A stretch of DNA of 27,710 nucleotides, taken from assembly GCA_046484245.1 (NCBI GenBank), contig JAWOBN010000077.1, positions 1 to 27,710 of the forward strand, in the 5' to 3' direction. The DNA is from a bacterium. GTDB lineage: Bacteria > Hydrothermota > 32-111. The position numbers were made by a program, and so were the translations under genes. Shown in pieces: positions 12,108-21,195 of the stretch (positions are counted from its first letter, which is position 1; each line of letters begins with the position of its first letter). The notes under the pieces are model-generated. The model was not told where the DNA came from and made no database searches. It saw only the letters and a list, made by a program, of their open reading frames with translations.

Positions 12108-12587
12108 ATGAAACGAATCATAATTACCGCAATAATCATACTCACTGTTTTCCTTGCAGGATGCGAGGCAAGCTCTGATGCTCAGAGGAATGCACTGGGA
12201 AAGAGGAATGATAAAGAAATGGTGAAGGAAGAGAGTTTTACACCTCCGGCAGACGGGAAAATAACAAAACCCCAGGCTGATAAATATATTGCTGTTGCCA
12301 AGCGCCTCAATCAGGCAATAGAAGAGCAGATTGTCATAATGCAGGAGTTTTACGAGAAGTATGATATTGAAGGCAAAGAGGAAATAGAGTCATTGGAGAA
12401 CAATGACGAGGCAATGGAGCGCTGGGATGAGATCCTCAAGGAATGGGAAGCAAAAGAGACAAGGATATATAAAGACGAGGGCCTCTCGTCAGATGAATTT
12501 GACTGGATTGCCTCTGCTCTTATTGATGACAAGAATAAGGCAGTAAGACTCATTGTGCAGCAGGAACTCTCCCCGGAAAACAAGTAG
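12108..12587 (+). CDS. Hypothetical acidic helical lipoprotein
   Basis: 159 aa; SD GGAGG; lipobox FLAGC. Confidence 0.8.
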   Translation: MKRIIITAIIILTVFLAGCEASSDAQRNALGKRNDKEMVKEESFTPPADGKITKPQADKYIAVAKRLNQAIEEQIVIMQEFYEKYDIEGKEEIESLENNDEAMERWDEILKEWEAKETRIYKDEGLSSDEFDWIASALIDDKNKAVRLIVQQELSPENK

Positions 12588-12611
12588 AATAAATTTTGTA
12601 AAGGGGGCATT

Positions 12612-13292
12612 ATGAGGTATTATGCATTGATAGTACTGTCTGTTGTACTGCTGATAACAGGCTGCACATTATCAGACAGGAGTCCTGCCAATATCAGTGA
12701 CTGGTTTCCTGCATTCAATGAGGGGGACACTGTCTCGTATTATGTCAGTGATTCAATGTTTGTGCATTGGGAAACAGACACATTGACACTGGAGAATTCA
12801 GATAAAGATACTTATTCAGCATATGAAGAGATTGTATCAGTAAATGAAAGCAGTTCAATGATTACAGTCAAGATAAATTATTGGGATAACAATGATTCCC
12901 TCTCCGGTTATTACTATATATGTGATAAAGTAAATCACAGGATATGCCTCAGTTATGACAGTGTGCCGGGAACAGGGGATGTTGTGCTCCTGACAGTACC
13001 GGTTGATTCGGGAACAGGATGGAGTTCAGACGGATATTCAGGCGAGTCCTACAGCTTCTCCATAACTCAAAATCCGTCAAAGAAACGCGTGTATAATAAT
13101 GACTATTACAATGTCCTGCCTGTTGAAAGCAATGAATTGCTTCATGGCAAGCTCTATGAGATATTCTGGTGGTCATATGAGCACGGGCTTGTCAGAAGGG
13201 TCATTACATCCAGAACAGTGGATGATATCGGCACCTGCGGATATGTTGAGAGAGTAAGAACACTCAAGTATTCGCGGTCCAGCAGGGATTGA
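12612..13292 (+). CDS. Hypothetical lipoprotein, beta-rich
   Basis: 226 aa; SD GGGGG; lipobox LITGC; WW-x4-GLV motif near the C-terminus. Confidence 0.78.
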   Translation: MRYYALIVLSVVLLITGCTLSDRSPANISDWFPAFNEGDTVSYYVSDSMFVHWETDTLTLENSDKDTYSAYEEIVSVNESSSMITVKINYWDNNDSLSGYYYICDKVNHRICLSYDSVPGTGDVVLLTVPVDSGTGWSSDGYSGESYSFSITQNPSKKRVYNNDYYNVLPVESNELLHGKLYEIFWWSYEHGLVRRVITSRTVDDIGTCGYVERVRTLKYSRSSRD

Positions 13293-13377
13293 CCCCTGTA
13301 TATGTTGCAGTGTATTCTCTCAATAACTGCAGCAGCAATAATCAAAAATACAATATATCAAAGGGGTGATGAAAGTC

Positions 13378-13923
13378 ATGAGTGACTATAAGGTAAAAGG
13401 GAGTTCAATCAATTCAAAATTTGATTATATTGAGGAGAATTATTCCCAAGAGGACCTGGAGGAATTCAAGAAAGTCATTGAGAACATGATTGATTTCCCT
13501 GTCCTGGATTCCCAATGGTATGATTTTGATGTGTATGAGAAGATAAACAGGACAATAGCGCGCGTCTATTTTGGAAACGACATGGAGAAACTGCTGGATG
13601 TGGGCAAATACTCTGCAGTAAAGGTTCTTACCGGTGTATACAGCGCATATGTGAGAAATCATGACTTTATTGCTTTCTTAAAGAGAATATCAATGCTTCA
13701 TTCACGCTTCTACAATAAGGGTAAAATGGATGTTGATTTCAATAGAGAGGATAATACATGCACAATAGTGCTCCACTCAGCGCCCCGGTATCCCGAATCG
13801 GATAATTATATTGCTGCCGGTTTCTATGCGGGGGCAGCAGAGATCTGCGGGAAGAAGAATATCAAATATTCCATTATTGAAGAGAATGATAGTGTAAGAT
13901 TTGAACTGACATGGAAAGAATAG
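13378..13923 (+). CDS. Hypothetical cytoplasmic protein, DUF2378/TIGR02265-like (possible V4R/HNOX-like ligand-binding fold)
   Basis: N-terminal KVKG, central WY-x-F, C-terminal AGFYAGAAE..G and FELTW resemble that family from memory; ATG 13378 fits SD GGGGTG best (13366/13369 are alternatives). Confidence 0.6.
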   Translation: MSDYKVKGSSINSKFDYIEENYSQEDLEEFKKVIENMIDFPVLDSQWYDFDVYEKINRTIARVYFGNDMEKLLDVGKYSAVKVLTGVYSAYVRNHDFIAFLKRISMLHSRFYNKGKMDVDFNREDNTCTIVLHSAPRYPESDNYIAAGFYAGAAEICGKKNIKYSIIEENDSVRFELTWKE

Positions 13924-13926
13924 TAT

Positions 13927-15105
13927 CTATCTGATAAATTGACCTGATGAATACTCAAAATTGATAAAGAATGTTCTTGCATTATTATAATAATAATTCA
14001 CATTGTCATCCTGAGAGAAAATATTCCTCACACCGGTCTTCAGTGCAATGGGTGCATGGAAAACAATATAGGCAGATGCTATATTTGTAATGTCCTTGTG
14101 TACATACTGAATTTCATGAACAATGCCTGCACTGAAATGCTCTCTGTCATGTCTTATGTGAATATCAGCGTAATTCCGCCTGTCCCATCCTGTTTTCACT
14201 GTATTGAATGATGTCTCAAGGAGTGTCCTGTCAAAACGCTTGAAATAACCTGCTCTTATCTTATACTGTATATCACTGTAATGTATGTCCCTGTAAACAT
14301 CCGGCTGATCGGCAAGATGCGCTCTGACATCAAGGGAGAATGAATAAACCCGCATTAATGTATTAAGGTTGTATACAAATTGATGCCTGTAATAATCAGT
14401 ACTGTCCATTGCATATGAAAACATACTCGCATAATCAATGGGTCTTGAATGCCTGAATCCACTGCTGACAGTCAGTGAATAATTTTCATTACCCCCTGAA
14501 TAGGACAGGACAGGGTATATGAGATTATCATAAAACTCCAGTCCGGCGTGCAGTTCATTGTATCCTACTGTAATGCCCACATGTTTGGGCATATAGGCGG
14601 AATGCATTCTTACAGTGTATTCATTGGGAATGAATGCCAGTGAAAATCGGTGAATCAGGTCATGATGAAGATTATTGTCACTATTAAGCAATACAAAAGG
14701 ACTGTAAGAAATATCAATACTCCTGAAATGAAGGCGTGCAAATGGAGAGAGGGGTATTGATGAATATCTTACCCCTCCTTGATTCCTGTACAGTGCATGC
14801 GTCCCGATGCCTGCGCTGATATTGTCAGTTATGGATTTATTGCTGTATATAATGGTGCGGGATACTGTGCGTTCACCGGTATTATGTATAAATGAATTAA
14901 TACAAAAATCACTTCTTATAATATCACTGTAGAAAACAGATGAATTGTCCGAGGCAATACCTGTCTCAATGAATGTATAGGATGGTCTGCTGATTGTATG
15001 GGGCATGGGAAGCTCCCATACCTCAGGCACATAGAGATCATAATGCTCTGCAATTAAGAATGCGGTCAGTATCAGTCCAATAATGAGGAAACAGCACTTT
15101 CGCAC
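13927..15105 (-). CDS. Putative outer-membrane beta-barrel protein
   Basis: 392 aa; signal peptide; aromatic alternating strands; C-terminal GVRNIF..YY..RTFFINFEY resembles TonB-dependent receptor ends; GTG start overlaps the mtnA end by 34 nt. Confidence 0.65.
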   Translation of the reverse strand: MRKCCFLIIGLILTAFLIAEHYDLYVPEVWELPMPHTISRPSYTFIETGIASDNSSVFYSDIIRSDFCINSFIHNTGERTVSRTIIYSNKSITDNISAGIGTHALYRNQGGVRYSSIPLSPFARLHFRSIDISYSPFVLLNSDNNLHHDLIHRFSLAFIPNEYTVRMHSAYMPKHVGITVGYNELHAGLEFYDNLIYPVLSYSGGNENYSLTVSSGFRHSRPIDYASMFSYAMDSTDYYRHQFVYNLNTLMRVYSFSLDVRAHLADQPDVYRDIHYSDIQYKIRAGYFKRFDRTLLETSFNTVKTGWDRRNYADIHIRHDREHFSAGIVHEIQYVHKDITNIASAYIVFHAPIALKTGVRNIFSQDDNVNYYYNNARTFFINFEYSSGQFIR

Positions 15106-16091
15106 GGTTCTATAACCCCCTTCTCAGTGATAATACCTGTTATGAGTTCAGCAGGCGTGATGTCAAAAGCAGGATTGTATATATTATTTGATACAGAAAT
15201 GGGCGTTCCCATGATGCTTCTTATCTCCTCAGTGTCCCTCTCCTCTATATCAATGGAGCTCCCCGAATGCAACTGCCTGTCTATAGTGGATGTGGGTGCT
15301 GCAATAAAGAACGGGATATTGAAATGACGGGCTAAGACAGCACTCTCCAGTGTGCCTATCTTATTGGCAGTATCACCATTCAGTGCAATCCGGTCAGCGC
15401 CAGTGATAACTGCGTCTATTCTGCTGCTGTTCATCAGAGTCCCCCTCATGCTGTCTGTGATAAGTGTGTGCGGCACACCCTGTTTCATTAGTTCATAGAC
15501 AGTAAGACGGCTGCCCTGAAGGAGTGGCCGCGTTTCCGGCACATAAACATGAATATCTTTATTTGTATTATATAACTCATACAAAACCCCCAGGGCAGTG
15601 CCGATCCCCGGTGTTGCAAGCATGCCTGTATTACAGTGAGTCAGTATATTTTTGTATTTACTGAGTGCTACAATACCATGTTTTGCCATTGAATTGCATG
15701 TTTCAATCTCAAAGTTCTTTATCTTTTCTGCTTTTTGATAGAGTTGATGCCGCATTGAAGCAGTATCACCATCCATGCTTTTGAGAGCAATAAGCATATC
15801 ATTGAGATTATTGAATAGATTGACTGCAGTGGGTCTGCTCTTCTTGAGGTAATCTATATTGGAAACGACTTTCTCTCTGAAACAGTCAGGGTCAATCATT
15901 CTCGCGTCCATGAAACAGCCGTATGCAGCAGTGACCCCTATGGCAGGAGCTCCCCTCACCCTGAGGTTTCTTATTGCTTCAAAGAATGAATCAATTGTAA
16001 TGAGTTTGATATATTCTTCATTACCGGGCAGTTTTGTCTGGTCAATGATCTCAGCATAATTCTCTGTGAAATTAAAGAAGGGATTATTCAT
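15072..16091 (-). CDS. mtnA: S-methyl-5-thioribose-1-phosphate isomerase
   Basis: 339 aa; VRGAPAIG, RPTAVNL, THCNTG, ETRPLLQGSRLT, GADRIALNGDTANKIGT, NPAFDITP. Confidence 0.96.
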   Translation of the reverse strand: MNNPFFNFTENYAEIIDQTKLPGNEEYIKLITIDSFFEAIRNLRVRGAPAIGVTAAYGCFMDARMIDPDCFREKVVSNIDYLKKSRPTAVNLFNNLNDMLIALKSMDGDTASMRHQLYQKAEKIKNFEIETCNSMAKHGIVALSKYKNILTHCNTGMLATPGIGTALGVLYELYNTNKDIHVYVPETRPLLQGSRLTVYELMKQGVPHTLITDSMRGTLMNSSRIDAVITGADRIALNGDTANKIGTLESAVLARHFNIPFFIAAPTSTIDRQLHSGSSIDIEERDTEEIRSIMGTPISVSNNIYNPAFDITPAELITGIITEKGVIEPCESAVSSLLD

Positions 16092-17037
16092 TACCCCTGT
16101 CCTTGGGCGCCCTGTAGTATATACCGCGCTGTCCCCTTTCTATAATGAGTTTTTTTTCAGCAAGCAGTATATCAAGGTATTTATTGATTTCCATTGCCTT
16201 GAGACCCAGAATTTCCTCCATATCCTCCATTGTTGCAGGCCTTCTTTCCGTGAGTTTGACTATTGCTGCCTCTGCATCCTCCCTGTAGCTGCTTATCTCC
16301 TTCCTGCTCTTGTATTTGGAAATGATCTCAGTGCTCTCATAATCCAGCTGATTCTTAATTCTCTCAAGTGTTTTCTTGGATGCCTTCTTGAGACCCGCCT
16401 CAGTTCCCGGTCTGTCCATTGTATTGAGCTGCACCCTGTCGGGTTTTATCCTGTGCACAGCTCCTTTAAGTGCAGCAATTTCTTCAGTTGAATCATTATA
16501 CCCTTCAAGAATGAATATCTCCAGCCATATCTCACCGTCAAGCATCAGTGAAAATGACTCAAGCCCCTCAATGATCCTGTCAATCCTAATGCCTTCAGCC
16601 GGCCTGTTGATTTGCTCAAATGTCTCCTGCACTGCACTGTCCAGTGAAGGCAGCACAATGTCTGTCTTCAGTAGTGCCTTTCTTACATCGAGAATATTGA
16701 TAGTAGTGGAATTGGTAAGCATTGCTGTCTTGAGCCCCGGGTAATTATCCTTTATAAAATCAGTGATCTCCCCAATACCTGTATGCAGTGTCGGTTCCCC
16801 TGCACCTGAGAATGTGGCAAAATCCGGCATGGGATTATGCTTCAGATAATGATCCAGTTCCTTTAATACAGTGTCAGTCGGCACAAACTCCTGCCTGTTC
16901 ATTGTCTTATCAGTGGTCTTGCCGCATTCACAGTACACACAGTCCAATGAGCATGTCTTGTGCGGAATAAGGTCAATGCCCAGTGATATGCCCAGACGCC
17001 GCGACGGAACCGGCCCGAAAATATATTTATAATTCAT
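16084..17037 (-). CDS. Radical SAM protein (COG0731-like, function unknown)
   Basis: 317 aa; FGPVPSRRLG-SLG N-terminal motif, CxxxCxxC (CSLDCVYC), GAGEPTL; 8-nt overlap with mtnA. Confidence 0.92.
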   Translation of the reverse strand: MNYKYIFGPVPSRRLGISLGIDLIPHKTCSLDCVYCECGKTTDKTMNRQEFVPTDTVLKELDHYLKHNPMPDFATFSGAGEPTLHTGIGEITDFIKDNYPGLKTAMLTNSTTINILDVRKALLKTDIVLPSLDSAVQETFEQINRPAEGIRIDRIIEGLESFSLMLDGEIWLEIFILEGYNDSTEEIAALKGAVHRIKPDRVQLNTMDRPGTEAGLKKASKKTLERIKNQLDYESTEIISKYKSRKEISSYREDAEAAIVKLTERRPATMEDMEEILGLKAMEINKYLDILLAEKKLIIERGQRGIYYRAPKDRGNE

Positions 17038-17043
17038 GCCTCA

Positions 17044-17072
17044 ATTTTATCATAGTGAGAGTGATATTTCAA
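17044..17072 (-). promoter_or_regulatory. Extended -10 sigma70 promoter, probably producing a leaderless mRNA
   Basis: Minus strand TTGAAA (17072-17067), 17-bp spacer ending TGA, TAAAAT (17049-17044), then 6 nt to the ATG at 17037. Confidence 0.65.
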
Positions 17073-17111
17073 GTTAAGTTGATAAACAGTATATACGAAA
17101 GGTTCTCACTA

Positions 17112-17140
17112 TTGACTGAAATCGGATTTTCTATTATAGT
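17112..17140 (+). promoter_or_regulatory. Sigma70-type promoter for the LVIVD genes
   Basis: TTGACT (17112-17117), 17-bp spacer, TATAGT (17135-17140), then AGGAGG (17146-17151). Confidence 0.6.
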
Positions 17141-17156
17141 TTTACAGGAGGTATAT

Positions 17157-19274
17157 ATGAAAAAGAGTTCCTTTTTTCCAGTCTATCTGATTTTTTTTGT
17201 TCTTCTTTTCTCAAGTACAGCGTCGGACAGCCTGTATTTGAAAACAATAGGTTATTATCCGGGCAATCAGATAAATGGTATCTGCGCAAATGATACAACT
17301 CTGTTTATTGCGAGCGGAAAGTCAATCAATAGTTTTGTGCTGTCAAGCATACAATATCCCGACTTGCTGGGAAGTATAGAACATACCGGAGCAGTTTACG
17401 ATATATCATCACGAGATAATTATCTGTTCAGTGTCTGCGGTAATGACGGAATAGGAATATTTGATTTCTCAGATCTTACTTCACCATTAATGGTAAAGCA
17501 TATAGATGTGACGGGATTTTTAGACAAAGTATTTATTTATGATAATCATCTGTATGCAAGAAAAGACACTAACAGTATCTTAATTTATGATATAACAGAT
17601 TTAAATAATCCTATTTTAAGCAAAACCCTCAATTCTTCAGGCCCTATTATTGATTATTTTGTTGACAATGACTTTATACATATAATAGCAGATTCAACAG
17701 AACTGTATGTCTATGATAAAAGCACCCATGACAGACTGATATCTTTCTCCGAATCCAATCATTTCCTTGATGTATCGGCGGGAGATTCGCTTGTTTGTCT
17801 TGCTGTTGAGGATATTGGTCTAAAGATATACAGAATACAAAGCGACAGTACTATAGCACCCTTATCTGTCTACAGCACAACAGGAATCAGAAATCTGTAT
17901 ATTGATGCAAATACTGCTTATATCTATCATAATACAGATGATATTGCTTCAATTGATATAACCCATCCCGCCAGCCCCTCACTTCTGGACAACTTAGATA
18001 TGATTTCTGGAAATGCAATAAATGAGATAGTGGGGAATGCAGATTATCTGTTTCTGGAGCATTCAAATGTGTACTCAAACACCAGTGCAGTGGTCAAATC
18101 TGACAGGACGAATTTGACAAGAGAAACGGTCTATGCTGTTCCGATTCTCACAGAAGCAATAATTGAATATAACGATTACATTTATGTTTTTACATGTTTT
18201 GATGGAGTTTATGTCTTTGATGAATCAGGAGGCACTATTGAATTGATAAATCACCGTAACTGGGTTGGAAGCATTTCTTATATCAGAGATGTCCATAGAC
18301 ACAACAATACGCTTTTTGCTCCTACCCGTACATCCAAAATTGTGATGCTTGATATCAGCAATCAGTCAAGTCCCGGTTATGTGGGTTCTATTTATAGCAA
18401 TACACCCGGCTATCTGGATACTAAAGATGATATCATGTTTTCGGCCAATGGATGGGGCGGGATGAATGTATATGATATATCCAATGTGAGCAGTCCGTCA
18501 AAAATAGGCTCTCTTCAGATTGATGATGAATATGTTAAGGATATAACTGTCAAAGACACAATTGCTTATATGGCAGTAGGTGGCTATGGTCTTGCTGTAG
18601 CTAATATCAGCGATTACAGCAGTCCACAGGCAATAGGTTATTGTCATGTACCATCAGCAGGACGACAGATTGCAGTAAGGGGGAATACTGCATATCTTGC
18701 AAATAATGCACTATGTACTATTGATGTGACATATCCTGCCTATCCTTATGAACTGGAGCATTTTTATCTTCCTTCATTTTGCAGCAAAATGATTGCTTCA
18801 GGAGATCATCTGTTTATCAATGCAGAATCCAGTGGCATATTTGTTTACGATATCTCGGATATTTATCCGGTCCAATGTGCATATTATAGGAATGATTTTG
18901 CAGGAAAAAATATTTATTATGATGATAATGAAGGTGTGTTGTATGCTACAGGAACGGGGGCAGGCGTAAGAAAATTGAAATTCGGACTATCCGGTCTCCC
19001 GGATAATAAAAGAGAAGAGAATAGAGCCAATGAATTTACATATCAATTAACAGGTTCATATTTAATCATTGAAATTCCAGACATTTACCCGGAAAGATTT
19101 ATCATTAATCTGTTTGATGCTTCAGGCAGATGTTTAAAAACCGTAAACAGCGAATCATTCAGTCAGAAAAGGAGAATAACAATAGATTTGAATGAATTCC
19201 CACCTGGTGTGTACTTTGCCCGTTTATCTTCAGATAGATTTAAAGCAAATCAGAAAATTTTCTATTTGAAATAG
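17157..19274 (+). CDS. Secreted LVIVD-repeat (beta-propeller-like) protein with T9SS type-A-like C-terminal sorting domain
   Basis: Real start ATG 17157 (SD AGGAGG, signal peptide MKKSSFF..), 705 aa; repeated (I/V)(Y/F)DIS-x-x-x-x-P units; tail INLFDASGR..LNEFPPGVYFARL..QKI. Confidence 0.85.
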   Translation: MKKSSFFPVYLIFFVLLFSSTASDSLYLKTIGYYPGNQINGICANDTTLFIASGKSINSFVLSSIQYPDLLGSIEHTGAVYDISSRDNYLFSVCGNDGIGIFDFSDLTSPLMVKHIDVTGFLDKVFIYDNHLYARKDTNSILIYDITDLNNPILSKTLNSSGPIIDYFVDNDFIHIIADSTELYVYDKSTHDRLISFSESNHFLDVSAGDSLVCLAVEDIGLKIYRIQSDSTIAPLSVYSTTGIRNLYIDANTAYIYHNTDDIASIDITHPASPSLLDNLDMISGNAINEIVGNADYLFLEHSNVYSNTSAVVKSDRTNLTRETVYAVPILTEAIIEYNDYIYVFTCFDGVYVFDESGGTIELINHRNWVGSISYIRDVHRHNNTLFAPTRTSKIVMLDISNQSSPGYVGSIYSNTPGYLDTKDDIMFSANGWGGMNVYDISNVSSPSKIGSLQIDDEYVKDITVKDTIAYMAVGGYGLAVANISDYSSPQAIGYCHVPSAGRQIAVRGNTAYLANNALCTIDVTYPAYPYELEHFYLPSFCSKMIASGDHLFINAESSGIFVYDISDIYPVQCAYYRNDFAGKNIYYDDNEGVLYATGTGAGVRKLKFGLSGLPDNKREENRANEFTYQLTGSYLIIEIPDIYPERFIINLFDASGRCLKTVNSESFSQKRRITIDLNEFPPGVYFARLSSDRFKANQKIFYLK

Positions 19275-19282
19275 GAGAAAAC

Positions 19283-20782
19283 ATGAGAATAATAAAGGGA
19301 AACATCACAATAATATTATTAATTCTTTCGGCTTGTTCACTGTTCAATCCTGAGCCGATGCAATATATAAAAATAGAAATAATCAATCGAGAAGAGGCAG
19401 AAGTTACAGTTGATGCCGCCGATTTTGAGAACATTGAATCAATGAGCCTTTATGAGGGGGACTCGTTGATTGAAGAGTATCAGTATAGTGACACCATAAT
19501 GGATACTATACCCATTATCATTGAATCATTCAGAAATAATAATTATTATTTGCTGTTGAATAATTCAGATAAAACCACTGATACAGTATTCCATCAATTC
19601 TCCGACACAACCAGACCGGAGGGCAGTTTAAACATTGAACATCTTGACAAAAGCAATATTGTTCTTGATATAAATAGTTTTGATGAGGATGATGTTGCTG
19701 TCTGTGATGTATATATAGACGAGCGTCTTGTTGAGTCATACAGTGGTGCTGATACTATTTGCGATACAATAGATATTAAAGATTATCTGACATCTGAGTC
19801 AATCAGCGTGAATGTGAATGTATACGATAAATCCGGCAATTACAGCACATTGACAAATGATTACGGGTCCTGGCAATTGAGCCTTAATATTGTTGGCGAG
19901 TATGAATTCTATGATAAATTATCGGATTTAGATTTCAGTGACAAATATCTCTATGCAACTTCTCCTATCTATGGGCTTAGAATTTTTGACTTCTCTGACC
20001 CTGCAAATATCACTCTAATCTCTTCTGTACATTATCCATGGTTCCGTTCTTGTTATGAAACTATTCTAGAGGATGAATATGCATATATGTTTGCAGGAGG
20101 TCTACAAATTATTGATATATCCGATCCTGTTTTCAGCAGTTTTGTCTCCAAGTTTGAGGTTGGATATCTAACTACCGGAGGTTTTATAGCAGACAATGTT
20201 GCCTATATAGCAGACCCTTCTTATGGTGTTTATATAGTGGATATAAGCGACAAGGAAAACCCACTTCAATTATCTCTTTGGGATAGCGGAGGAAGCCCCC
20301 GGGATGTTCTGGTTTACAATGATCTTGCATATATTATTGATAATCAGGAGGGATTGATAATACTGGATATCAGCAATAAGCAAACACCTGTGGAGATATC
20401 CAGAACGGACATACCGGGCGGTACAGAAGAAATAGGAATCAAGGGAAATTACGCATATATATCCTGTTCAGACTATGGCTTGATAGTTATGGATATATCG
20501 GATAGTACAAATCCTGTGAAAGTAACTGAATCAAAGTTTTACGGCGATAATTCCGATCTGGATATTTACGGAGATATGCTTTTTGTTTCAGGTGAAACAT
20601 CGGGTTTAAGGGTATTTAATATAGGAAATCCGGAAGAGCTGGACGAGATTTTCCAATATCAAGACTCCAATGAACCTTTCTATCAATTCTGTATTGCAGG
20701 TGAGTATTTTGTAGGTTCACTTGATGATTACATCATAGTCATTGACCCCGAGTACAGTATCAACATAAAAAAACAGCATTAG
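19283..20782 (+). CDS. LVIVD-repeat lipoprotein
   Basis: 499 aa; lipobox LSAC; N-terminal beta-rich region then repeats GLRIFDFSDP, GLQIIDISDP, GVYIVDISDK, GLIILDISNK, GLIVMDISDS. Confidence 0.88.
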   Translation: MRIIKGNITIILLILSACSLFNPEPMQYIKIEIINREEAEVTVDAADFENIESMSLYEGDSLIEEYQYSDTIMDTIPIIIESFRNNNYYLLLNNSDKTTDTVFHQFSDTTRPEGSLNIEHLDKSNIVLDINSFDEDDVAVCDVYIDERLVESYSGADTICDTIDIKDYLTSESISVNVNVYDKSGNYSTLTNDYGSWQLSLNIVGEYEFYDKLSDLDFSDKYLYATSPIYGLRIFDFSDPANITLISSVHYPWFRSCYETILEDEYAYMFAGGLQIIDISDPVFSSFVSKFEVGYLTTGGFIADNVAYIADPSYGVYIVDISDKENPLQLSLWDSGGSPRDVLVYNDLAYIIDNQEGLIILDISNKQTPVEISRTDIPGGTEEIGIKGNYAYISCSDYGLIVMDISDSTNPVKVTESKFYGDNSDLDIYGDMLFVSGETSGLRVFNIGNPEELDEIFQYQDSNEPFYQFCIAGEYFVGSLDDYIIVIDPEYSINIKKQH

Positions 20783-20798
20783 ATTTACTTGTCTGTTT

Positions 20799-20817
20799 CA
20801 ACTACCGGAGATTTGGA
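20799..20817 (+). repeat. Remnant of the E2 right arm
   Basis: CAACTACCGGA-GATTTGGA equals the E2 sequence CAACTACCGGA[CCTGG]GATTTGGA with a 5-bp deletion. Confidence 0.65.
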
Positions 20818-21073
20818 TTCAGTCTTAGGGTTATTTATATTTAAAATGCTTGTATTGCCTCATCTATTTTACATGCATTAGCCCCGGGATTGCGGAGAAA
20901 GTAAGGGGAAAATATGAATTATATGTCGAAATTTTGAAGAAATATCGACACAAACAAAAGATATGTCTATGGTGTAAACATGAATAAAATAGTCATTTGT
21001 GTTGCATTTGTGCTGCGCAAAACTGTTTATGTTGCAAATAATCCGATATCTGCGACACAAGAGGCTTTAAATA

Positions 21074-21082
21074 TGTTATAAT
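21074..21082 (+). promoter_or_regulatory. Extended -10 promoter element
   Basis: TG-T-TATAAT upstream of the hairpin/uORF region and the YgjP-like gene; no good -35. Confidence 0.45.
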
Positions 21083-21103
21083 TATAGTATGATAAATTGA
21101 TTC

Positions 21104-21131
21104 GTTAGGAGGCCTTGCAATGCCTCCTAAC
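21104..21131. other. Perfect 10-bp stem hairpin containing AGGAGG
   Basis: GTTAGGAGGC-cttgcaat-GCCTCCTAAC; no U-tract on either side. Confidence 0.7.
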
Positions 21132-21195
21132 ATACAAGAAGTGTGATGAAATATTTTGCAATTGTTTTCAATAGCTATCAAGAGGATAGGATTTG

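Noticed and set aside
16983..17156. 58-aa N-terminal extension of the LVIVD protein in the ORF track
   Set aside because: Overlaps the radical SAM gene and both promoters; SD and signal peptide point to ATG 17157.
21085..21180. Known riboswitch or tRNA upstream of the YgjP-like gene
   Set aside because: I could not match fluoride, c-di-AMP, c-di-GMP, SAM or T-box consensus features by eye; an Rfam cmscan would settle it.
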